NCBI GenBank assembly: GCA_963674705.1
Contig: OY771506.1
Location: forward strand, 4,768,001-4,832,000
DNA length: 64,000 nucleotides
From: Phycisphaeraceae bacterium
Lineage (GTDB): Bacteria > Planctomycetota > Phycisphaerae > Phycisphaerales > Phycisphaeraceae
Direction: 5' to 3'
The notes below the pieces were generated by a model, which saw nothing but the letters and a program-made list of their open reading frames with translations, ran no database searches and was not told the origin of the DNA. The position numbers and the translations under genes are program-made. Within the stretch, counting starts at the first letter, position 1. Every line of letters begins with the position of its first letter. Positions 1-10,145 of the stretch are shown here, piece by piece.

Positions 1-1152
1 CAGGCAAAGCGCGTTGAAAGTGATGCGATCAATGTCGTGCAAGAGACAGTCGGCGCTTTACAGGTGGTCAAAGCGTTCGGACGGGAAGACAAACAACTCG
101 AGCGTTTTGTCGATGCGTCCCTGATGGGTAGCCGTAAGCAGATGCGCGTGGCTTGGTTGAAGGGTTCGTTTGATGTCGGGGTGGGTGCAACGATCGGCTT
201 CGGGTCTGCGGCGACGCTCTACCTGGGGGTGCAGCACGTGCTGGGCGGCGGCCTGACTCTCGGCAACCTGCTGGTGATCATCACGTACCTGACACAATTG
301 TTCGGCCCGATGGAGCGGATCAGTAAGAAGGTGGCGGACCTGCAGTCTTCCGTCGCCGGTGCTCAGCGTGCGTTCGACCTGCTTGATCAAGCACCTGATG
401 TGGAAGAAAAACAGGACGCGGTAGCGATGTCCCGAGCGGCCGGCAAAATCGAATTGTGTAACGTAATGTTTGCTTACAAACCGGGCATACCCGTGCTTAA
501 CGGCGTCAACTTGAAGCTTGAACCGGGTGAGCGCGTCGGGATCGTCGGGCGGACAGGTGCAGGCAAATCCACATTCGTGGGTTTGCTGATGCGCTTTTAT
601 GACGCGGACGACGGGCAGGTGCTGATCGACGGGATTGATGTCCGAGACATCAAGGTTGCGGACCTGCGGAGTCAGTTCGCGATGGTGCTTCAGGACCCGG
701 TGTTATTCTCGACGACGGTGTATGAGAACATCGCGTATGCCCGGCCCGACGCGACACCGCAGCAGGTGATGGAAGCGGCAAAAGCAGCGTATGCGCATGA
801 CTTTATCAGCAATATGCCGCAAGGCTACGACACCGAGGTCGGCGAGCGAGGCCTGTTCCTGTCAGGCGGGGAACGGCAACGCGTCGCGCTGGCGCGCGCG
901 TTTCTCAAAGACGCACCGATCCTGATCCTGGACGAACCGACCAGCGCGGTGGATAACAAAACCGAGTCGCTGATCATGGAAGCGTTGGACCGTCTGATGG
1001 AAGGGCGCACCACGCTCATGATCGCGCACCGTACGCAGACACTGTCTACCTGTGGACGCATCCTCAAAGTTGAGCACGGCAATATCACGACGACTGAACT
1101 TGCCCCCGAGGCTGTCGCAACTGTGGATCAAGGAGGGCAGAGCCTTGAGTGA
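1..1152 (+). CDS. ABC exporter, fused permease/ATP-binding protein (MsbA-like), 5' partial
   Basis: Frame open from base 1; TM segments, then Walker A GRTGAGKS, signature LSGGERQR, Walker B ILILDEPT, H-loop IAHR. Confidence 0.93.
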   Translation, partial: QAKRVESDAINVVQETVGALQVVKAFGREDKQLERFVDASLMGSRKQMRVAWLKGSFDVGVGATIGFGSAATLYLGVQHVLGGGLTLGNLLVIITYLTQLFGPMERISKKVADLQSSVAGAQRAFDLLDQAPDVEEKQDAVAMSRAAGKIELCNVMFAYKPGIPVLNGVNLKLEPGERVGIVGRTGAGKSTFVGLLMRFYDADDGQVLIDGIDVRDIKVADLRSQFAMVLQDPVLFSTTVYENIAYARPDATPQQVMEAAKAAYAHDFISNMPQGYDTEVGERGLFLSGGERQRVALARAFLKDAPILILDEPTSAVDNKTESLIMEALDRLMEGRTTLMIAHRTQTLSTCGRILKVEHGNITTTELAPEAVATVDQGGQSLE

Positions 1153-2341
1153 TTCCGGTCTGCGGATCATTGTTTCGGGCCTGATCGCGCAGTACCCGCT
1201 GGGCGGTGTGGCGTGGGACTATCTGCAATACGTCGTGGGTCTGGCTCGGTTGGGGCATGATGTGTATTACATCGAAGATACCGGGCAGTGGCCCTACAAC
1301 CCCGAAGAGGCGGGGACCGCAAAGTCGTGCGATTACAACGTGCGTTATCTGCGTGAAGTACTTGGGCGGTTCGGTCTTGAAGATCGATTTGCGTACTGTT
1401 TCCCATGGGGGCCGACCTGGCACGGGATGCCGGATGCTCAACGCCAGGATGTTATTGATTCAGCCGACCTGCTGATCAACGTCTCCGGCGTCTTGTATCA
1501 CCCCGGTAATTACCGATCAGCCAAGCGCATGGCTTATATCGATTCGGATCCGATGTTTACACAGCTTAAGGTCGCTAAGGGCCAACACGAACTCAAGCAG
1601 TCGATCGATCAGCATGATGTGCAGTTCACTTTCGGTGAATGTCTGTCTGAACGCGTGCCGTCAACGGGTCATCATTGGCGACCAACCCGACAGCCTGTAT
1701 TGCTTGATCAGTGGAAGTCCACCGAGTCTACTCGCCGAACCTACACCACGGTCATGAACTGGACAAGCTACAAGGATATCGAGTTCAACGGTGCGCGGTA
1801 TGGGCAAAAAGACAGGCAGATGCTCGAGGTGCTTGACCTGCCCGGCAGGATCGGAGATGTGCATATAGAGTTGGCCATCGCTTCGGGTAAGACACGCAGG
1901 CCACCGATTAATCGGTTACGCCACCATGGCTGGCTGGTGGTTGATCCGGACGAGGTGTGCAACGGTTTTGATAGTTACCGTGACTATATCCAGCAATCAC
2001 GAGGCGAATGGAGTGTCGCCAAACATGGATATGTTGCCGGGCGCACAGGATGGTTCAGTTGCCGTTCCGCCTGCTATCTTGCCGCAGGGCGTCCAGTGAT
2101 CGTGCAGGACACCGGTTTTTCTGAAATGATGCCGATAGGTGAAGGCGTGCTCGCGTTCGATGACGTGGAGGGTGCGGCGGACGCGATCCGCACGGTCGAG
2201 TCCCATTACGACAAACACTGCAAAGCCGCCCGTGCATTTGCCGTAGAATACTTTGACTCGGACAAGGTGTTGAACCAACTCGTAGAACAAACCATGAACA
2301 GCCCGGCCAAACACAAGTCGGGGTGTGAGGTAGAACAATGA
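1145..2341 (+). CDS. GT-B fold glycosyltransferase-like protein (paralog 1 of 3)
   Basis: TTG start at 1145 after AGGAGG (1131-1136); YPLGG N-terminus, YTTVMNW, YGQKD, C-terminal WFSCRSACYLAAGRPVIVQDTGFS resembling GT1/CgeB-like donor-binding region. Confidence 0.75.
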   Translation: MSDSGLRIIVSGLIAQYPLGGVAWDYLQYVVGLARLGHDVYYIEDTGQWPYNPEEAGTAKSCDYNVRYLREVLGRFGLEDRFAYCFPWGPTWHGMPDAQRQDVIDSADLLINVSGVLYHPGNYRSAKRMAYIDSDPMFTQLKVAKGQHELKQSIDQHDVQFTFGECLSERVPSTGHHWRPTRQPVLLDQWKSTESTRRTYTTVMNWTSYKDIEFNGARYGQKDRQMLEVLDLPGRIGDVHIELAIASGKTRRPPINRLRHHGWLVVDPDEVCNGFDSYRDYIQQSRGEWSVAKHGYVAGRTGWFSCRSACYLAAGRPVIVQDTGFSEMMPIGEGVLAFDDVEGAADAIRTVESHYDKHCKAARAFAVEYFDSDKVLNQLVEQTMNSPAKHKSGCEVEQ

Positions 2342-3237
2342 AGGCGCTGTTGGCAGGCTGGTTCAGTTTCGAGCAAATGGGCGCGACCGCCGGTGATCTG
2401 TTGTGCCGGAACCTTGTGCATCAATGGTTGACGTCAGCGCGGATCAACCATGACGTCGCGGTGGCAGAGCCTTTTACAGACGGTATTGACTGGCGCGGTG
2501 TTGATCCGAAGGCATATACGCATCTCGTGTTTGTCTGCGGACCGGTCGGCAACGGCCCACCCGTGGATGAGATGTTTGCTGCGTTCGCTCATTGTCGGAT
2601 GGTCGGTGTGAATCTGTCGATGCTTCAGAACCTCGACGAGTGGAATCCTTTTGAATTGCTGATCGAACGGGACAGTTCGCGCGAAGCTCGGCCGGACATG
2701 GTCTTCCTCACGCAACAGCCTCCGGTACCGGTGATCGGATTGGTCCTGGTCCACCCGCAAGGTGAATACGGCAACAGGGCGATGCACAAAGAAGCAAACG
2801 CTGTTATCAAAGAAGTATTAGACGGTTTCGAGGCATCTATCGTACCGATCGACACACGTCTGGATGAGAATGCCTGTGGATTAAGAACTGCAAGTGAAGT
2901 CGAATCAATAATCGCGCGGATGGATGCGGTGGTGACCACTCGGCTGCACGGCTTGGTTCTGTCGATCAAGAACGGGGTTCCTGTTGTTGCGGTCGATCCG
3001 ATACGTGGGGGCGCGAAAATTGTAAGGCAAGGGCAATCGATTCACTGGCCGTTCGTCACATCGGCCGATGCATTAGATAAGCAGCAACTCACAGACTGGA
3101 TCACGCATTGCCTAACAACCGAAGCATGCGAAGAAGCACAACGATGTGCCGCCGCTGCTAAAGATCAATTGTCAGAGGTTCATGAGCGGTTCATCGCGGT
3201 ATTTGATCAACACCCAACCAGCGCGGGATCATCCTGA
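2338..3237 (+). CDS. polysaccharide pyruvyl transferase family protein
   Basis: N-terminal GWFS...AGD and C-terminal VVTTRLHGLVLS motif; ATGA overlap with the upstream gene. Confidence 0.7.
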   Translation: MKALLAGWFSFEQMGATAGDLLCRNLVHQWLTSARINHDVAVAEPFTDGIDWRGVDPKAYTHLVFVCGPVGNGPPVDEMFAAFAHCRMVGVNLSMLQNLDEWNPFELLIERDSSREARPDMVFLTQQPPVPVIGLVLVHPQGEYGNRAMHKEANAVIKEVLDGFEASIVPIDTRLDENACGLRTASEVESIIARMDAVVTTRLHGLVLSIKNGVPVVAVDPIRGGAKIVRQGQSIHWPFVTSADALDKQQLTDWITHCLTTEACEEAQRCAAAAKDQLSEVHERFIAVFDQHPTSAGSS

Positions 3238-3238
3238 T

Positions 3239-4387
3239 ATGGCTCGGATTATCGTTGGGGTTTACATGTTCCGATACCCCCTTGGGGGGATGCTGTCCTG
3301 GGCGCTACAGTATCTGCGTGGATTGTCGGGATCAGGCCATGAGGTCTACGTTGTCGAAAAAGCCAACTATTCGCAGGCTTGTTACGACCCATCCAGGAAA
3401 ACGATGACCGATGATCCAAGCGAGGGGATCCGCATCGTAAATCAGCTGTTGAATGAAAATGGATTAGGTGATTGCTGGTGCATGGTCGATGTTCAAGGCA
3501 GGGCAAGCGGCCCAGCGGCACAGGTCATGAAAGAGCTGTTTCGTACTGCGGATTTATTTATCGATTGTGGTACTCACGGGGCGTGGCTCGATGAAGCGGC
3601 CGCCCTCCCCTGTCGAATCTTGATTGATGGCGAGCCTTCGTACACTCAGATGCGCTGGCAGATGCGGCGTGATGACAGTGAAACCTTACCGGCATACGAC
3701 CACTACTTTACGAACGGCTTGCTGTATGGAACTTCGGCATGTACCGCCCCTGCTATCGATAAGACTTGGTTGCCGATCCCGAATCCCGTAGATACGACCT
3801 TCTACAAACCTGTCCCGGAGCCGGACAATCGTACGTATACCACCGTTATGAATTGGAGTTCGCATCAAACGATCACATACAAAGGCGAGAATTACGGACA
3901 AAAAGATGTGGAATTCGAGAAGTTCATCACGCTGCCCTGCAAGACGGATTGCCGGATGGAGGTGGCGGTGGCTGGCAATAACGTCCCCGTCGAACGGCTC
4001 AGGGCAAACGACTGGCATGTTCGTGATGCACACGAAGTGACACACACACTCGATGCTTACCGTTCATATATCGTACAATCAGCCGGTGAATTCGGTGTGT
4101 GCAAACAAGTATTTGTAGCGACACATAATGGTTGGTTCAGTGATCGCAGCGCCGCTTATCTTGCTTCGGGACGTCCGGTGATTTTGCAGGATACAGGCTT
4201 CAGCAAGGTGCTGCCGACGGGTAAAGGTTTGTTTGCGGTCAATACTGTAGAAGAAGCGGTTGCATCATTGGAATCCATCTCCGCCGATTACAAGAAACAC
4301 TCACGTGCGGCACGCGAAGTCGCCGAAAAGTATCTCGATGCGAAAGCAGTCATGGGAGGTGTCCTGGATGCTGTCGGGATCAGGTAA
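3239..4387 (+). CDS. GT-B fold glycosyltransferase-like protein (paralog 2 of 3)
   Basis: ATG at 3239 just after the upstream stop; YPLGG, YTTVMNW, YGQKD, WFSDRSAAYLASGRPVILQDTGFS. Confidence 0.75.
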   Translation: MARIIVGVYMFRYPLGGMLSWALQYLRGLSGSGHEVYVVEKANYSQACYDPSRKTMTDDPSEGIRIVNQLLNENGLGDCWCMVDVQGRASGPAAQVMKELFRTADLFIDCGTHGAWLDEAAALPCRILIDGEPSYTQMRWQMRRDDSETLPAYDHYFTNGLLYGTSACTAPAIDKTWLPIPNPVDTTFYKPVPEPDNRTYTTVMNWSSHQTITYKGENYGQKDVEFEKFITLPCKTDCRMEVAVAGNNVPVERLRANDWHVRDAHEVTHTLDAYRSYIVQSAGEFGVCKQVFVATHNGWFSDRSAAYLASGRPVILQDTGFSKVLPTGKGLFAVNTVEEAVASLESISADYKKHSRAAREVAEKYLDAKAVMGGVLDAVGIR

Positions 4388-5552
4388 ATCACGAAAGCCC
4401 AAACGTATCGTTGTCATGGTATACGTCGTGCGCTGTCCGCTTGGCGGGATGGCATGGCATTACCTTCAATATGCCATGGGTCTGAAGCGGTTGGGTCACG
4501 AGGTCCTGGTTTATGAAGACAGCGAAGATTATGCCTGCTGTTATGACCCTAGCCGTCACGTGACTGATACAGATACGGTTTACGGGCTGAAGTTTGCACG
4601 AGATGTCTACCAGAAGACCGGACTCGGTGACAACTGGGCTTACTACGATGCACATACCAACCGATGGCATGGTGAACGGGCTGCCGATGCGATCGACTTC
4701 TGTGCCGGCGCGGACATGCTGATCAACATCTCTGGTTCCAATCCGATCAGACCCTGGCTGCAATCGATCCCCCAGCGCGTCTTTATTGATACCGATCCCG
4801 TTTTCGAACAAGTACGCCAACTGACGGTGCCTGAAAGATACAACAGGGCTAAGGCACACAATGTGTTTTTTACATTCGGCGAGAACGTCAGATCATCGCG
4901 AGGATCGGTCCCGGATGATGGTTGGCCGTGGAAACCGACAAGACAGCCGATCGTTCTGGACACGTGGCCGGTGTTACCGCTGCCGGATGCGAACAGGTTC
5001 ACGACTGTCATGCAGTGGGACAGCTACCCCGCCCGTGAATACGAAGGGAAAAAGTATGGCCTGAAAGCCCAGTCATTTGATCCGTACTTCGAACTGCCTG
5101 CCTTATGCAGCGGCGCGCAACTTGAGCTTGCTCTGGGCAGTCCCGATGCACCACGCGATCGATTGATCGAACTGGGTTGGCGGCTGAGTGACCCTTTGGC
5201 AGCGACACTGGACCCCTGGTCATATCAGTCATTCATACAACACTCACTCGGTGAGTTCAGCGTAGCGAAACACGGATATGTCGTGGCCCATACGGGTTGG
5301 TTCAGCGAACGGTCGGCCTGCTACCTTGCGTCGGGCAGACCCGTCGTTGTACAAGACACCGGTTTTAGCGGACACATGCCAACCGGCCGGGGCCTACTCT
5401 CCTTCACGACACCGGCCCAAGCGGCAGCGTGCATCAGCAGTGTCATAGCCGATCCGCAGGATCACAGCGCCGCCGCTCGCGAGATTGCCGAACAGTACTT
5501 TGATTCGGACGTGGTCCTTGGCAAACTCCTGGATGAAATGGAAACAAAGTAA
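4368..5552 (+). CDS. GT-B fold glycosyltransferase-like protein (paralog 3 of 3)
   Basis: ATG 4368 after GGGAGGT; CPLGG, FTTVMQW, YGLK, WFSERSACYLASGRPVVVQDTGFS. Confidence 0.75.
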   Translation: MLSGSGKSRKPKRIVVMVYVVRCPLGGMAWHYLQYAMGLKRLGHEVLVYEDSEDYACCYDPSRHVTDTDTVYGLKFARDVYQKTGLGDNWAYYDAHTNRWHGERAADAIDFCAGADMLINISGSNPIRPWLQSIPQRVFIDTDPVFEQVRQLTVPERYNRAKAHNVFFTFGENVRSSRGSVPDDGWPWKPTRQPIVLDTWPVLPLPDANRFTTVMQWDSYPAREYEGKKYGLKAQSFDPYFELPALCSGAQLELALGSPDAPRDRLIELGWRLSDPLAATLDPWSYQSFIQHSLGEFSVAKHGYVVAHTGWFSERSACYLASGRPVVVQDTGFSGHMPTGRGLLSFTTPAQAAACISSVIADPQDHSAAAREIAEQYFDSDVVLGKLLDEMETK

Positions 5553-7121
5553 GTGAGTCCGACACGAGACATCCCCAACCGCGTGGCGATCATGATTCTG
5601 ATCGGGATCATGATACTATCTGCTTGGATGCGTTTCGATGGGATGGGGCGTTTTTCATTCTGGACGGATGAAATGTACCACGTGATCGGGGCCCAATCCA
5701 TGCTCGAATGTGGTGAGCCGGTCGTTCCTGGTCTCTATACTTATTGGCGTGCGTTTGTTGTCACGGGCATGACGGCTATCAGCTTCGAAGCATTCGGTGT
5801 GAGTGAATGGTCTGCTCGTTTACCTTTTGCAATCATATCACTGTGTATGCTTGGCGTAGTGTACATGGTGCTTCAGTCCCGCTTTTCGCGCATGATCGCC
5901 CTAGCAACAACAGTATTTATTGCTTTCTCTCCACAGTTCCTCCAAATCGGCCGTGAATGCAGGATGTATGCGCCATTTTCACTTTTGTACTTTGTAGGCG
6001 TATTTGTTGCTTTTCACATGATGGAGATCAATCTCGAATCGATCAAACGCCATCCTGTTAAAGCAGTGATAGCAGTACTGGCAGCCGCGGTACTCTTTGC
6101 CCTGACCTTTTCACTGCAGAATCTGGCCGTAAACATCGGTATTACCTTCGCATGTTACAGTTTTGTAATGATCGGCTACCTTATGGTTGCCAAAGGACCA
6201 GGCAGTACAATCCGGTCAAGATATGTCTTGGCTATTGGATTACTCTGTACCGCGGTGGTTGGATGCGTTCTGTTAACACCATCCATTGCGTCTAATCTCA
6301 TTGAACTGCTGCGTACTAAAATGGACTGGGACACGCGAGGTAAGCCCTCGTCCTTCTGCCTCTGGTTTTTTAATTACTACTATCCAACCGCCTGGTATCT
6401 CTATCCCATCGGCGCGGTCATCCTGATCCGCCAATATGGGCGACTCGGTGTGTTCATGGTTTGCGCGTTCCTGCCACTGCTGCTGGCGCATATGTACATA
6501 TTCACGTCACGAATCGCAGAAAGGTATTTTATTTACATCCTGCCGTTCTTTTTCCTTACCTCGGCAACCGTAATCGAAGCACTGATCTGGGGCGTTGTCG
6601 GCTGGATCCGTAACCTTTGGCAAACCAAAGCAAAAGTCGCTGCAATTGCCACAGCATGCTGCGCCTTGCCGGCCGCATGGATTTTTATCCATCCATGGCT
6701 TGGTTATTCGTTGGAATTAAGACGCTACGGCATGGGTCCTGACTGGAAACAGATCGCACCCGATCTGGAGCAGGCCTGTAACACAGGAATTGTCATCACC
6801 AATTGGCCACGTGAGGTACTGTATTACGGGGGACGTTTCCCCGATTACTTCGCGACACAAACCTATGAATACACGGGCGAACCCGACCATGTGGTAGCAA
6901 TTGGTGATAGAACAGTACAAGTGAAGTATTTGTCCGACGCAGAACGGCTTATCAACATCATAAACTCGGAACCTGAAGTCTATTTCATCACCACCGATTG
7001 GGCCTACTCAAATGATGCCTTCCTTAACAAATCGATCCGTGACGTCATACAAGAAAATATGAGGGAGATTACGTTCGTAGCTTCTGGAAATGATCGGATC
7101 GTAATCTATCAATCGAAATAA
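5553..7121 (+). CDS. GT39/ArnT/PMT-like polytopic membrane glycosyltransferase
   Basis: About 11 hydrophobic segments; SFWTDE, FGVSEWSARLP, ECRMYA motifs typical of GT-C PMT_2 proteins. Confidence 0.8.
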   Translation: MSPTRDIPNRVAIMILIGIMILSAWMRFDGMGRFSFWTDEMYHVIGAQSMLECGEPVVPGLYTYWRAFVVTGMTAISFEAFGVSEWSARLPFAIISLCMLGVVYMVLQSRFSRMIALATTVFIAFSPQFLQIGRECRMYAPFSLLYFVGVFVAFHMMEINLESIKRHPVKAVIAVLAAAVLFALTFSLQNLAVNIGITFACYSFVMIGYLMVAKGPGSTIRSRYVLAIGLLCTAVVGCVLLTPSIASNLIELLRTKMDWDTRGKPSSFCLWFFNYYYPTAWYLYPIGAVILIRQYGRLGVFMVCAFLPLLLAHMYIFTSRIAERYFIYILPFFFLTSATVIEALIWGVVGWIRNLWQTKAKVAAIATACCALPAAWIFIHPWLGYSLELRRYGMGPDWKQIAPDLEQACNTGIVITNWPREVLYYGGRFPDYFATQTYEYTGEPDHVVAIGDRTVQVKYLSDAERLINIINSEPEVYFITTDWAYSNDAFLNKSIRDVIQENMREITFVASGNDRIVIYQSK

Positions 7122-7125
7122 CAGA

Positions 7126-7870
7126 GGGTCTTAGGAAGCCTACGGGTCAGTAAACTGTATCTGGCCCTATGAATACCGGCAAAAACAAGTACTACCGCCG
7201 TTCCCGTATTTCGACCAAGGTCTTTCGGCGTCTGATTCGCGCCTTTGCCATGGACCTGACGGCCACCGATGCGGCGGCGTTGACCGGCCTGAGCGTGCGT
7301 TCAGTCAACGCGATCTACCTCAAGGTGCGTCGACGCATCGCCGAGTACTGTGAATCGCAAAACCCCTTCCGGGGGAAGTGGAAGTCGACGAGTCCTACTT
7401 CGGTCCCAAGCGTGTCCGTGGCAAACGCGGCCGGGGTGCCGGGGGCAAGACCATCGTCTTCGGGATCTTTAAACGCAACGGCCACGTCTACACCGAGACC
7501 GTGCCCGATGCACGCAAAAAGACTTTAATTCAAGCGATTCGCGGGCGTGTCGACCTTGAAAGCATCGTCCATTCCGACGGCTGGCGTGGCTACGACGGCC
7601 TGGTCGATGTCGGCTACGCCAAACACCTGCGCGTCAGTCACGGCGACAACGAGTTCGCCAACGAGCGTTCACACATCAACGGCATCGAGAGCTTCTGGGC
7701 CTACGCCAAACACCGCCTCGCCCGGTTCAAAGGCGTGCCCAAACATACGTTCTACCTGCACCTGAAAGAGACCGAATTCCGATTCAACCACCGCCGTGGC
7801 AATCTCTACCAAGCCGTGCTAAAACTACTGCGAGACAACCCGATTTAGACCCGTAGGCTTCCTAAGACCC
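7126..7870 (+). mobile_element. IS1595-family insertion sequence (IS1016-group-like, 745 bp)
   Basis: Perfect 23-bp terminal inverted repeats GGGTCTTAGGAAGCCTACGGGTC (7126-7148 / 7848-7870); transposase inside; no target duplication seen. Confidence 0.9.
7169..7848 (+). CDS. IS1595-family transposase split by a -1 frameshift
   Basis: HTH half 7169-~7375 and catalytic half EVDESYFG..KRGRG..HSDG..HINGIESFW in the -1 frame; the join falls at G5 run 7371-7375. Confidence 0.8.
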
Positions 7871-7880
7871 TTACAAATTT

Positions 7881-7965
7881 TGTAATCCTCCCCATCCTTA
7901 GCGCATCTAAAAGTAGAGGGGTTCATACTCCGTTGGGATTAGGGGAGGCGAGATGCTGAGGCCGG
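7881..7965 (+). repeat. 85-bp direct repeat, copy 1 (probable IS-end remnant beginning TGT)
   Basis: 78/85 identical to 24940-25024 by manual alignment. Confidence 0.85.
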
Positions 7966-8217
7966 CAGGCGCAGAAGCCGGGAGGCAAGCTGATCCGGTG
8001 CATCGGCTTGGCGCGGGCGCGTGTGGCGATCGGCCTGCGGAACCTGGTGTACAACCTGGAGCGTTACCCGAGGCTGGTCGCGGGTTGACGGCAAGCACCC
8101 AACGCGACAGCCGGACACCCCTGAAACGGCGGCAGGCCGAGGTCTTAGCGACCCGAGCCACCGCGTGACACGCGCCAGATTCTTGTCGCAGCGAAGAGGG
8201 GATTATTAGAGGTGGCC
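7966..8217 (+). pseudogene. IS5-family remnant: transposase C-terminus plus right end
   Basis: 7981-8088 reads GGKLIRCIGLARARVAIGLRNLVYNLERY..., an IS5 C-terminal motif; ends in IS5-like terminus TTATTAGAGGTGGCC (8203-8217). Confidence 0.7.
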
Positions 8218-8392
8218 ATATATTTTTGATCAGTTTGTGCCATCACTTCGCACACACAAGGGTTAGTCTATTATGGGCCAGCATCTAGACGGCAATCTTG
8301 ACAACAATATTGCGGCCACAACCCACTGGGCGAGCACAGCATTAAACATATATCGCCAGTTGTGAATTTGTATCCTGAAGTGTAGATCCACA

Positions 8393-10039
8393 TCAGCTGC
8401 GCCAGAGGATATGACAACGGGTTAAGCACATGACAATCAGTGCAAGCAACAATGTCTGAAGAATCGACCATATTAAAAGCATCCAAGACGAACCACCGAG
8501 GATGTGTACCATAATGCCATTGATTGATCGGATATCAGTAAATGGCGCCAGGAATGGCAAAGAAATCAAGGGAACAAGCAGATTGCGGATGCCAACATAT
8601 GCCAGCATTGGATTTTGACCATTAGAAATGAACACGCCGAATGATTTAGACTGACCCAATACATCGATCCAGATCGTCATCGCACCGAGTAATAATACCG
8701 ATAGGCCAAGTGCAACAAAGTAATAACTCAACGGTACTGGCGGGCCTTTGGTTATCCCACCCTCAAAGGGTTCGAGCGTTAACCCGATAAACAACCATAC
8801 CAGCCCCCATACAAATACTGATCGCAACAGAAAATTCAACGGCGCAATACCATTATGTACAGTCACCCAGCCCACAGCCGCCAGTGGTATAACACCAATC
8901 CATGTCACCCAAGGCGTGAACAGTTTGAATTCACCAACCGCAACCAACACGCGACCGTGGCACTGCAATCCAACGAATACCCATACGATCAGCCCGACGA
9001 AGACCACACTCAAGCAGATATACCGCATAAAGCTCCATGAATGGTTTGATCCAATCTCGACCACTTCAAGTGAATCCTTGCCGATGTGCTTCATATAATC
9101 GATGAGCAGGTCACCAATGATTGTACCCGGAATGACTATGAATAAGAACTTGTACCATGTAAAGTCATAAAGCACCGACAGGTTTAATAAATTCGTGGGT
9201 ACATCCCAGGGCAGCACGCTATTGATCCAAGTGAGGTCCAGCATTTTGCCGGGAAGACTCGTAACCGGATCGGCCCACATCAGCCCGCCATACATTGCTT
9301 GATGATGTGCAAAGTATGGCACGATCAAGCAGAACAATCGTAGCCATGGGTGCTTGCGTGTGATGAGCCAGATCAACGATCCCACAATTGCCATATGTGC
9401 AAGCAACAGGATGATGATGTCATTTTGCGAAAAGCTGAAAGTGTCACCGTCGTTTAAGTTCAGACAGACAACCAAGCCAATACATGCCGCGACACCAATC
9501 GTACGGATCATGATCACGGCACCATAGTTAAACGTTCTGGGCAGCCGCATCAGAACAGGGAACAGTAGGACAAAACCAAGAAAACCGATCAACAAAGTAC
9601 CTGTCGTTGTCGGGCTTTCAATAAAGCTTGGCACAATCTGCTTGACATAGACTGCAAATCCAACCAAGGTTAATCCGCGCCAAATCACACCGAGTACTAC
9701 ATGCGATACGGGAACTGCTTTGTCTAACTTTTTACCAAGTGCAATTGGAAACGCCGTGCCCATCGCAAAAAGAAACAAAGGAAACACCCAGTCCACCCAA
9801 GTAAAACTTGACCACCAAGGACGATGCGTATGCGGATCTGCAACCAACTGCCAAACACCCGCATCATCCGGCATCCAGCGGGGATAATAGCCATGATACA
9901 TTGCATTGGGCAGACCTTCGGGAACGACTCCCGATAGGCACATCATCAGAATAGCCAAGCCACGTACTGCATCCAACGCCAAAACGCGAATTGCTTCAGG
10001 ACCGTTTGGCGTTCGGTTCAAATCTGGCATAAATGACAT
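8393..10039 (-). CDS. DUF5009 / HGSNAT(NagX)-like polytopic membrane acyltransferase
   Basis: RVLALDAVRGLAILMM, TWVDWVFPLFLFAMG, GQNPMLAY; many TM helices. Confidence 0.8.
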   Translation of the reverse strand: MSFMPDLNRTPNGPEAIRVLALDAVRGLAILMMCLSGVVPEGLPNAMYHGYYPRWMPDDAGVWQLVADPHTHRPWWSSFTWVDWVFPLFLFAMGTAFPIALGKKLDKAVPVSHVVLGVIWRGLTLVGFAVYVKQIVPSFIESPTTTGTLLIGFLGFVLLFPVLMRLPRTFNYGAVIMIRTIGVAACIGLVVCLNLNDGDTFSFSQNDIIILLLAHMAIVGSLIWLITRKHPWLRLFCLIVPYFAHHQAMYGGLMWADPVTSLPGKMLDLTWINSVLPWDVPTNLLNLSVLYDFTWYKFLFIVIPGTIIGDLLIDYMKHIGKDSLEVVEIGSNHSWSFMRYICLSVVFVGLIVWVFVGLQCHGRVLVAVGEFKLFTPWVTWIGVIPLAAVGWVTVHNGIAPLNFLLRSVFVWGLVWLFIGLTLEPFEGGITKGPPVPLSYYFVALGLSVLLLGAMTIWIDVLGQSKSFGVFISNGQNPMLAYVGIRNLLVPLISLPFLAPFTDIRSINGIMVHILGGSSWMLLIWSILQTLLLALIVMCLTRCHILWRS

Positions 10040-10145
10040 TCCTAGTCAACAAGATACCTACGGTGCAATAACATCAAGAAGTGATTCAAAGATCTAGCGT
10101 TATACAATGCTAAGTATTAATGCAATCATGATCTAAAAGAACAGT

